From Tubiluchus corallicola (taxonomy: Eukaryota > Animalia > Priapulida), in the NCBI GenBank assembly GCA_030141605.1, contig JAQGDQ010000450.1, positions 62,001-126,000 of the forward strand: a stretch of 64,000 nt of DNA, in the 5' to 3' direction. The notes below the pieces were generated by a model, which saw nothing but the letters and a program-made list of their open reading frames with translations, was not told the DNA's origin and ran no database searches. A program made the position numbers and the translations under genes. Of this stretch, positions 1 through 10,900 are shown piece by piece (the first letter of the stretch is position 1; every line of letters begins with the position of its first letter).

Positions 1-253
1 AATCAATAAATTAATAAGAATGCATTACTTTTTTACAAAGTAGGCTGCCCATCACGCAGTCAGCTAGCCTCTTTCCTCAGGAAGAACAATAAAATTTTAC
101 TTACAAGAAAACTGGAGAAGTTTTTCCAAGTACACAATACCTACTTATTGTTGCAACTGTTTTTCGTTTTCATGATGTATTTTTAGTTTTATAAAACTAA
201 TAATTGCTTTTATTTTTATTTTAATAATTATCACATAGATGCTCATGGAGAGA

Positions 254-367
254 GTCTACAGCCATATCACGTTGAAAACACCGGTTCTCGTCTGATCACC
301 GAAGTTAAGCAACGTAGAGCCTGGTTAGTACTTGGATGGGTGTAGGAATACCAGGTGCTGTAAGCTT
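254..367 (+). rRNA. 5S rRNA-derived head of SINE copy 1 (not a functional 5S gene)
   Basis: GTCTACAGCCATATCACGTTGAAAACACCGGTTCTCGTCTGATCACCGAAGTTAAGCAACG...TAGTACTTGGATGGGTG matches the metazoan 5S consensus. ACCGCC is deleted after box C relative to copy 2. Confidence 0.9.
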
Positions 368-772
368 GCGGGATGCCCACAATGTATCTCGACACTAGGC
401 GGAGGAGCTGCACAAGCAGCCAACGACTAGAGGACGGAGGAGGTCAAGACACCCAACGGTCATGTGTAGAGGAGTAAACCTTCCAAATAAGGAGTGGAGC
501 CCCGAAGGTGGACCAGTGCAGCATGCTCACTGCCAGCTCCTGCAGCCAACCTGGTGCCAAACGTATCGCCCTGCTTTCCTTTGGATTACACCAGGGAGGA
601 AGAAAGGGGGTTCCTGTTGTCAGGGCAATTAAGGATCTCCATACACCTTGCCCAGGTATGCGCCCTTGAGAAAGCTACTATAGTGGTTCAAAGATCGGAC
701 TCTGTCGATGCTGCAGCTCCATTGGCGCGCACACTCCATTGTCTTCCGAGACAGAAGGATGCCAACAAGTAT
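254..772 (+). mobile_element. 5S rRNA-derived SINE (SINE3-type), copy 1, with RTE-like 3' tail
   Basis: A 5S-like head (254-367) runs without an oligo-T terminator into a ~400-bp body that aligns with 17317-17699 (minus strand). The 3' end is TGTCT-TCCG-AGACA (hairpin) GAAGGATGCCAACAA. It is flanked by the direct repeat TCATGGAGA (243-251 and 773-781), a probable TSD. Confidence 0.85.
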
Positions 773-859
773 TCATGGAGATACACACAGATATACACGT
801 AAATGTATTTCATCAAAAAATTTCATGAAGAAGTTAATACTATAAAAAGTCATAAAAGC

Positions 860-1210
860 AGTGTTTTAATAATTTATACGTTACCATGTATAAATGATGG
901 TAAGCTAATTGAGTGTACTGACAGTGAGAAATGCTTAGGAAATAAATTGTCATTTGACTACTGTAATGATGAAGATATTGCTAATCAGTTACATTTGTTT
1001 TATGTGCAAATATGCTATGCACAAAATTTTATTATTGCTCACGTAATGTTAAGATATTTTTGTTTAGATTTTATTGCTCTACTGTTTGCTGCAGTAAACT
1101 GTAGCTATTGTATAAACACGGCAATTTTACAAAACTTCGCGCTTCGTACAATATTGCCCTCCGAATTTTTTTAAATTATGAATACGGTACGCATGCGTCA
1201 CTAATTTGTG
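860..1210 (+). pseudogene. Decayed LINE ORF2 fragment (post-RT region)
   Basis: The peptide INDGKLIECTDSEKCLGNKLSFDYCNDEDIANQLHLFYVQ resembles the 'KYLG...L.DD.DI..Q.R..Y' block of L2/CR1-group ORF2. Frameshifted downstream. Confidence 0.5.
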
Positions 1211-1594
1211 CAAACAATCTTACTGATCATTTTTAGGTCTTAATGCGCAAATGTGTTTTTAGCCTAACAAACAGAATTTCAAATAGCAGTAATGTGGTTT
1301 TGTCTAGCATAACTGATACAGGTATTCGGTATAAGGCATTGTACTTCCAATATTGGAGCTCATTACTAACCGCTTCATTTTTTATTTAAACTAACCTGTA
1401 CTCCTCTTGTGCAGTTTTTTTTATCTTGTATATATTTGTTTTATAATCTGCATCACTTATTTATTGTTATGTAGTACTTTATACATTGATTTAAATCTAA
1501 AATGAGTATTAAATAACCAATACTATTGTAATATATGAAATCATGCCTTCTACAGTTTTCGTTACACTGTGTGTAGATCGTCTAGTAAAAATAC

Positions 1595-1790
1595 GTCTAC
1601 AGCTGTTTTTCGTATTCTGTCCACGAATCCAGGAAACTAGCGATGACTGGTATGGACGAATATTTTTCCACATGATAAATTGATAAATGCGCTACAGCTG
1701 TTTTTCATATTCTGTCAATGAACCCAGGAAACTAGCGATGACAGGTATGGACGAATATTTTTCCACATGACAAATGCGATAAATGCGATA
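1595..1790. repeat. ~95-bp tandem duplication
   Basis: CTACAGCTGTTTTTCRTATTCTGTC...CCAGGAAACTAGCGATGAC.GGTATGGACGAATATTTTTCCACATGA is present twice. Confidence 0.85.
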
Positions 1791-1966
1791 CATGATAAAT
1801 TCGCTCAAGAACTTGTTATGGCAATAATAGGCAATATGACTGATGACTTTACCAAAAGACATTTGTCAAACTGACTAAGGACGACCTGCACACAGTTCAT
1901 TTCCTCTAAACTATAGAGAGAAGCAAAAACAGTAGAGAGTGGATATTCCATTGAAAACAGTCCAGT

Positions 1967-4900
1967 ATGAGGAGCTCAATTCTATTTTGGGTAAGTTAGC
2001 ATCAAATGCAAATAAAGACGTTCTGTCAGAAAAGAAAAAAATCTGCGCAAAGATCAGAGTTATTTTTTTAAATTTTACTTTTGTTGCTTTCTCAGGTGAA
2101 TTACAGTGTAGTAGCATAATTTTTTGTCAAAATGTCAAATATTATCGTGACAATTAGACACCAGACAATTTTTCGTCAAAAAGTGTCAAATGATAACGTG
2201 AAATTAGACACTAGACAATTTTTGGTCAAGTTGTAGCAAATATTATCGTGACAATTAGACACTTGTCAGCCATGTTTGAGAGCTTCTAGACATTGCTCGC
2301 TCAGAACTTACTCAATTTGTTCATCATTGCAAATGAATTTCAAAATGTTAGGATCTGAAGCGAAATAAAGATATATATTTTTATGACAACTAATCATGCC
2401 CATCAACGACTTTATTGTGTTAAAAAACCGACCTAATGGGGTGGGATGTGGTGAGGTGAAGTGAAGTGAGGTAAGGTGAGATGATATGAGGTAAGGCGAG
2501 GTGAGGTGATGTGAGAGGTGAGGTGAGGTAAGATGAGGTAAGGTAAGGTAAAATAAGGAAATATTTACAATACAAATAGTTAGTATGCAATACAGTGTCT
2601 GGCTGAGGCTGCGGAATGAATTACAAAAACGCAGTCTGATGACGGCGATGCTAATGTGGTTGAAAAGCTGCATCACATTGCTTGTGCGCCATTCTCTGTT
2701 GCAATTTCAAAAGATTATTTCTTTCCAGATTTTTCCACTGTAAATAAAGTATAATATCTGTATAAGAATGACAAAATTAAATGAATCTGTAGGAATAATA
2801 ATCTCCGAACTAATGCTAAGTAATTGTATATGTGTCATAAAAAAGAACATGACGTAATGTTACTCCTTGGCTTAATTGTCACTGGACATTTTTTTGTATT
2901 TTTAATCATGCTGAACTGTGTTGTACTTACATTTTGTAATATTAGATGCAAATACTCTAAAAAGTTGAAATTTTAAAGAGTAATGTTACAGTACTATGGT
3001 TTTTGGCCGAGAAAGTTGCATGTTTATAGCTTTAGCAGTTTTTACGTTATGGCCGGAAAGGTTTTGCAATTTAAACATTTAAATACCGGAACAATTTTAA
3101 CTAATCATCAATCATTGAAAAAGATCTTCGTTGTGGTATAATGCACTCAACACGTGGCAGCAAAATAAAAAAGAAACCAAATCACGGTCTTTATCAAAAA
3201 AGATGAAGCACTGATGAAAATTTGTTATCAATTAAAATGAGACTTTATCCTTTGTATTACGGCATCTGGAGCAGAAGTTGTTGAGTGCTGGGACCAAATA
3301 CCCTTTAAAGTAGTGAGAAAGTTTGTCAGTTGCTGAAAGAAGCCCTTAGCGCATTGAACACATAGGGCACTGTGTCGTAAATTTTAACAACAGTCGCGGA
3401 CAATCTGTTCCGGCACTTATTTTTAAGCTGTTATCTTAAACCTTCTGTATCTTTTTAGACAAATCCAGAAAATGGCCTAAAAGTTTCGGTGTTTATACAA
3501 AATCATCGGTGACAGTAATACGATGATTTTCAAGCGATTCAGTAATTTTCTTCTTATAACATCGTGATCAAAATTTCGGCACAATTTGCGCAACAACATG
3601 ACTGGGAACGACTATACTTATTACAACCACCATTAACAGTTCAGAATAAAGTAGTTAAATACATGACTTTCGCCAAATACATATACCATGCAACACCACC
3701 GTACATACTCCTTAGTTTATTGAAAATAGAAGATATTTATAATCTTGAATTATTTAAATTCATGTATAAGTTTAATAACCGGCAGTTGCCTGAACTATAT
3801 GCCTAAGGTAACTACTTTACCTTAATCTAAGATGTTCACTCTCACTGTACTAGGTCTTCCAGTATGGGACACTATTTTCAAACACGATTTAACACAGCGT
3901 ATGGCTTAAATATCTTACAGCACAATGGAGTTATTTTGTGGAATGGTGTGCCCAAGACAATCATTTCCTCTCCTTCTTTAAAAATAGCTACCAAGCAATA
4001 TTAGATATTTTTAATTAGTAAATATTCAATGGCGTAGAAGACCAGAGGTTTTTTTCTCGTTTTTGTGCACGTTTGTCTTTTTGCACTAGTGTTTTTCTTT
4101 TACTGATAGGTATCTTTAGGACTTTTGTTACTTTATTAATAAAAGGCATAAATCAGTTAAAATGAAATTATTCATTCATCGCAGCCTGTATCTGTATCTG
4201 TTTCCACTTGAAAAATAAGCCCTTGAATGCTCTTAGCTTGTAACCAGCAGAGTATTTGCTTGATTAGTTGACCAATTAATTTATGTGAGAAAAGTATCAT
4301 TATCATTCACATAGTATAATCGAATATATTATTTTAGTTTTAATTTCGATAACAAAGCATATTCTGCCAATGAATGCCCCCCTTCCTTCATTATACATAA
4401 TATTATAGGCATATTATGGTATTGCGATTGTTCCTAATAGCCATATTTATAAAATAATTTGGTTATAACGACTTATAATATAACCTCTCTTCGCCCACAT
4501 ATAATCTACATTATTTTTCTCATGATACAAAAATTTTGAATGTATTATTGTAGCATTTATTTTGTTAATGAATCACTTATATTCTTATAATTTGCCCCCC
4601 CCCTCCCCATAGCCCATCTTTAATGGTTATGATGACTACATTACTACCATCAATTATATTTAAATGTTCTATACAACTATAGTTATTACGACAAGTGTAA
4701 TATATAATTTAATCTCTTCTCCCCACTTAAATTTGGGTACATATATATGTGTATATGTATATAATTGTATATACAAGTAAGTAATATGGTTCATTGTAAT
4801 AGAAGTAAGTGGTACATTGTAATACAAGTAACCACATAATTCAAATTCGCAACTATTAAAATTTTTTTCACTCTTTAAGGCTCACTAAAAGTCGTAATTA

Positions 4901-7900
4901 CATATTATGTTTTTCTTTCCCAACTTTCAGGTTTATTACTCTTATATTGCTATTATTACATCATTTACTTCATCCTTATTTACATTAAGTTATCTACAGA
5001 AGTAAGCATACTTATAATCATGTTTACATTTAAGTAAGCTGAGCGCGTTAATGAGCGTATGGTCGTACACTCACTTCGCACTACTCAAATTATTTTATTT
5101 ATAATTTATTAATGTGTTTGATATTGTATTTTTTGATGTGTGAAATAAAATTCATAGTTTATAGACAAATTTGGTGAAACTTCTCAGAAAATAACTGACT
5201 ACTATTGAACACTGCAGCCATTTATCCTTTTACTGGCCACACCTATTGATGCTTATCTTCGGTCGTGAAATACACATCACTTCCAAAAAGTCATTCACTT
5301 CCCCATATTGTCAACTCACTATGGTGTATTACCGCAAATAAACATCTAACATGCAGTTCAGACTATCATGCCACTATTGTTGTTTCAGTGAAGTAATGAA
5401 TTATTACAGAAAGTACAGTACAGTAAAGTATGATAGTCTTTTGTGCTGAAGCAAATCGGCTTTAACGCTTTCTCTTTTTTAGATTTGGAGTTGCAATTTG
5501 ATAGCAACCAGTCATGTTTTAGCGGTTGGAGTTGGAAGAAATCCTCGAGGTTGTATAATCTTACTTTGTTGGTTTTTAAAGTAGAAATGTGCTGGGTGTA
5601 ATTATAGACATGCAGGCCACTGTCATAATGAAACACGCATTTACAATACAGAATAACAATAAAATTTAATGGGCGAATTTTACGACAGTAAGGCTTTTCA
5701 CAGTTTAGTTGTGCGCACGCGCAGTTGCTGTGGGTCAAAGGTTAAGTGTACCACAGCAACCGTAACATGATACGTAGGTAAAGTAAAGCCGTCTGCCGCA
5801 TCAGTTCAGTAACTGTTTTATACGTGGACATTACTTAATTATACATTAGTCTGCACCTAGAGTGCTGAGGGAAATCTAACGGCGTATCCAAACTAGCGAG
5901 CTTTCTCTCTGATAGCAAACTTGCAAGTGTGAACTGCTCTGCGAGTTACTGTTGGCAAGAAATTGCAAACGCTCCGACAGTTGCTACGAGTTGGTGCTCT
6001 AGTCTGAACACGCTTGGAGTTTACTTGGCGAGCTACTGCGAGTTTTCTGACGAGAAAGTTCGCTAGTTTGAACGCGCCATTACATTTCCGTCTACACATA
6101 GTTCTCAACAATTGTTACGTGGACCATTATCTTACCGCTAATGATTATTATTAAACTCAGTATAAATCTGTTAAATTCGTTGTGGATCATTCGTATTTCA
6201 TCCCTGCACTTGATAACGTTGGTGATTTTTAACATAAATGTGCTTTTAGCTCGTAAAATATGCTTTAATTTGCACGTAGATTTAATTTTTGCTTCTTTTG
6301 TCCAAACTGTACCATGAGAATTTGTATCAGTTATATTACTTGTATTATGATGGTTTCAAGCCATTAAATGCACCTAAAACCATGCACGATATTTCCGAAT
6401 CAAAATTAAAAAATTAATCTGAATGTGTATTAATCGTACATAAGTGTGTGCCATTATTGACCAAATTTGTTCTTGTGGGTGTATAAGTTTATTATTGTAG
6501 TTGTTGTGATTCAGGCCTAAACGTAATTTTAATTTTCAATCAGCTAAACTGAAACACTGGCAAAAGTAGAAAAACTAATTATTACTAATTTGATACTGCT
6601 AGCTGCTACACTGGCAAAAGTAAAAAAAAACTAATTATTACTAATTTGTTACTGATAGCTGCTACAGTATTTACACGATTCCGGGATGCCGTGGCTAAGA
6701 GTTTGTCATCGAAGTCTTACAACCTTGGAAACTCGTTTGACCTTGAAGATCATCTTACAGACGAAGAATTAGAGAAACTGCAGGAAGATGATGAAAAAAG
6801 GAAAGAGCTCTTATCTCGCCTTCATCTTTTTGAAAATCGTAAGTCAACATCTCATTATTAATCAATGCAGAATCTTGCATAATATCCAGCAATGATGTCG
6901 GCATACAGAATAGGAAGGGATGTTTTTTGGAGCAACCTTCCGTGCTTCAATAATCACTTTCTTTGTCTTATTACATGTAAGGTTATCTATCTTTCTCTCA
7001 CTCCTTCTAAACAAACCCAATATAAGACTTACAAATCACACACACGACTTAGATGCACCCAATAACGACGGTAATTAATACTATCGTAATGAATATAAGC
7101 CCATGCAGCAAAGCCAGCACCGTGGTGTTGTTGCAACGTTGTATGGACATTTGTGAGACGATCGGGAAAAATGTTACAGTTACACTAGAATATAGCCATG
7201 GCTGCTACATGAATAAAACGTAAAATCGTCTGTCTCAGAATGTCTGTTAAAAGAGAGTTTTAAGTCTTATAATTTTTGCTGAAATGTGTTAATTGTTGTT
7301 CGCTAAACAAGAAAGAAGTAATGGGACAATTAGATTTTAATGTCAATTCCGCGTGGATTCCTCGGGAAAACGGAACATGCAGTATTTCTACTATGCGGGA
7401 ATTTTTCTCGTGAGGAGGACAGCTTCTAGCTAGCAGCAGAATTCCTCAGGAGGCATTGCACGAAGAAAACTCCTCAAGAGGCGTCACTGTAAAATGCGCC
7501 ATAGAAAACAATGTGTTCCATTTTCGTGGGGGCGCCACAAAGAATTTCTCTTTGAGGTCCCAACCGTAAAATGGGCTTATGATGACTAGCAAATGATGCA
7601 TTGACTTGAAAGGATTAGAGTGCATCATTAATTAATGTTCTCTTTAATAAATTACTGAGCAAAAACGAAAAATTGTACCTGGACATTAGATTTGGTAATT
7701 TTCTATACATTGCGGTACCCTCTTGTACATTGGCATCCATCAGAATTTGCATAAGACGCTGCGTGGAGTATTCGCACGTTTTTTACTGATTTTTGTAGAT
7801 GTAGTTCTTCACAGCTATTGTTTCTTCAAAAAGTAACAGCGCCGTGCGTCCAATTTCTATACCTTGTTGCCTTGCTAGCTTTAAATTCTATTCGTATTTG

Positions 7901-10900
7901 CCAATGTTTTTTTTGTTTATTTTCAGTCACGGTTGTGGGTAATGATGATACTAATCCAGGTGGGTTTATGGTAGTGTTTCCAGAACGATCTTCTACGGAT
8001 GCAATCATGTTTGATTCACCAGCAGAAGATATCGAAGAGTTCACTGTGTGTCAGGTAAAAACACCAATTTCCTTTACCTGGCTCATGCTAAACTAGTATC
8101 GAATGCGAAGCATTATGGTTGCTTTCTTGCCGCACATGCGCACGCATGTACTTTTTGCTTGCACGTATTTGCAAAATGGTCAAACTTTACTAACCTGCTA
8201 TGCTTCGGACGATGCCCTTCCGTCGGTTCGTTTCAGTCATTGGACAAATGTTTTTGTTGTTGCTGTGGTTTTGGGTTGTGTGTGGCACACTAATGACAAA
8301 TCCATTCACTGATAATGCGCAAACATTCTACATAGTCTTTGCTTACTGCTAGATACATTAGCCAAATAGGCTATTAAAACTGATCGAAATATACTATGCT
8401 AAAAAATTTTACTAAAATAGACATACAATATTACTCAAATTGGAAATAAAATCAAAAGATGAAAAAACAAAAATGAAAATGGGGTACTCTGCAAAATACC
8501 AAATAAAATCATACACGCAAGGATAAAAACAAGGCAGTGACAAATATTTAAAAAGGTGAGCATCACTTAATTCTGAGAATATGAAAAGATTATATGGAGA
8601 TAAAAAAGCACAAAAAGCTTTCGCTAAAAAATTAAGACACAGGATACTTAAAAAAATAATTAACATAAACTGCGTAGCACAAACTGAGCATCTACATATG
8701 TCCCGGCTCCATTTGTTAATTTGCCTCAAGAAATCATTATAGTTGGTGACTATGCGCACATGATTGGGCAATTCATTCCAAATTTTAGAAACTGAACATC
8801 GAAAGCTTCTTTTTCCATAATTCTGCGCGTACTCTGGGATTATTTATGATGTTATCATATCGCATTTGATAAAAGCTTTCTCTCAGATTAACTATGTCAT
8901 ATAAGCTTTCATGTATAGTCATGACAGGCCTGTAGTTACTTTTGTCGAGAGGACAATTTTTCTTATGCAGTGGTGTTATTCTCGCCTGCTTGAGCCTGTT
9001 AGGAAAGTAACTCTTTGTGAGCATGGAGTTTACCAAATTAGTGAATGGGTTTACCAAGGCTTGATCAGCTACTTTTAGTAACTTAGCTGGTATACCATCT
9101 ACCCCAGTCCCTTTTCTTTTTGATAGACATCTAATAATTAGCGATATTTCTTTTTAGTAACAAGGCTAAAGTTAAAATATTTGAGCAAGACCATTCAATA
9201 TCTAGACCATTTCCAAGCCATTTAGTGGCATTTAGCAAATAATCGCCCAGAATGTTGCAGGCCTTATTTTCGTCATTAACAATGATGTCACTTTCTTGCA
9301 AAGTGATAAAATCGTCACCGAGCTTTGATTTGCATGACAAAAAGGTTTCATAGTGAGCCAGAAATTCTTTGAGGTTTGTCCATTATCACATCGTTCAAAG
9401 AAGTATTGCTTTATGGATTTCTTTCTTAGTTATTACAAAAGTTTCGCTGCTTGCGGTAACTATCCTCTTATAAGCATTTTTACATTTTTTATATTTATTA
9501 AAAAGCATCTTTTTCTTATATATATTTTTACGTAATTCCGAATTCATATAAGGAGTTTTCTTTGCAAGTTTACGACTTTTTATAAACGCATGTTCATTTA
9601 TAATATTGAACAGAGCTGCAATGAAAGACACGGCCACTGACAACGGTCTACAGCAGACCTTCCCTTTTTGTAAGCTCAGGTGTGCACGTGGCTTTATCTA
9701 GCACAATATCTATAGCCATTCATGCACCCAACAGATGTCATCTGCATCGTCGAAGGCGTAAGCCATATGAAAAGGTGCAGTTTGTAAGTTTTTGTAACTT
9801 CTGCACAAAACTTTTTCCTGCCTTCGCTTACTTACTGATTCATTTACAACAATGCCAATAAATGTTATGCCAGTCACTTAGGCCACAGCTGCTATTATAC
9901 AATTTGAACAGAATTTTGGGCGATTTGTTAATACGACGTTAACCATTGAGGGTGCACAGCCTTTCATGAAGCAAGTCGGTGTTTTAATCTTATTTCTTAG
10001 ATCAAAAATGTTGCAAATATCTCGTAAGGGCCGACTTTTCTTATCTGACAACATATCAAAGTTTAAATCGCCTATTAAAATGGTGTTATGACAATTTGCA
10101 GAGACTATGTCTAGAAGCTTAATCATTTCGTTTTGAAAGACATTATTTTTCATAGAGGGAGCCTCCTTATAGGCTCCTATGAGTGCCCATTTTCTAGCAT
10201 TTAATTTCAATTCTATGCAAATAACTTCACATGTTTTTGATCTATTTGGCAGTTTCGGTAATAAGGTAAATCAGATCTGACAAAGCACATTACACCACCG
10301 CCTTTGGCATTTCTGTGCCTATGATAACATTTGAAACCATTAATGGTAAAGAGTTGATCATTAAAAGAATCATCGAGCTTAGATTGACCAACAAATAAGA
10401 TATCAACAAGTTCATCTAACAACATTTGCGATAATTCTGCAAACTTATGTCGAACACTGTTTATATTCAAGTAAGTACATATAAGTTTCCTGGGATTTTC
10501 ATTCCTTTTGTTTCTTAACTCTTTGAAAATATCATTAGTTTTCCCATCATCGGTCAAAATTCCGTGAGAATTGTTTAATTCAGTTGTTCCTGACTTCACT
10601 AAATTGTTTAAACTACCTCGTTTAGATTCGTTTTGATGTTGACTGGTCTCCACTATAGATAAATACATAGTGATTTGCTGAAGTTGAATTATGAAAAGTT
10701 TCTTTGTGAAAAGGTAGTTCGTTTATTAGGTTAATAGACTTACTTGTATGTGAGCTATATGTTGGAAAGTAGTAAGAAAGTTCAGCCATTTCATTTTTCT
10801 CCATCGATGAGCTGTCTTTTATATCGATCACACCTTTTAGTTTCGAACACTGAGATTAATAATGGCGGCATATTGTTTTCGATTACTGGTGACACCACTG

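Noticed and set aside
254-367. Functional 5S rRNA genes (also 17700-17818)
   Set aside because: The copies are dispersed, lack an oligo-T terminator, share a downstream body with tail and TSDs, and copy 1 has a 6-nt deletion. They are SINE heads.
368-720. HDV-like ribozyme in the SINE body
   Set aside because: There is a CTGGGCAA/TTGCCCAG hairpin, but I could not identify the nested double pseudoknot or the L3 motif.
494-802. ORFs MEPRRWTSAACS... and MEPRRRTSAACS... (17305-17574)
   Set aside because: GTG-start incidental ORFs within the SINE body. The two copies differ by indels and diverge at the C-terminus.
2630-2672. Hammerhead candidate CTGATGA...GAAA
   Set aside because: Stem II does not pair and no stem III or cleavage triplet is evident.
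4931-5001. Possible extra pentraxin exon (AG...GTAAGC)
   Set aside because: 71 nt, phase-incompatible with the flanking exons, and intron-like in composition.
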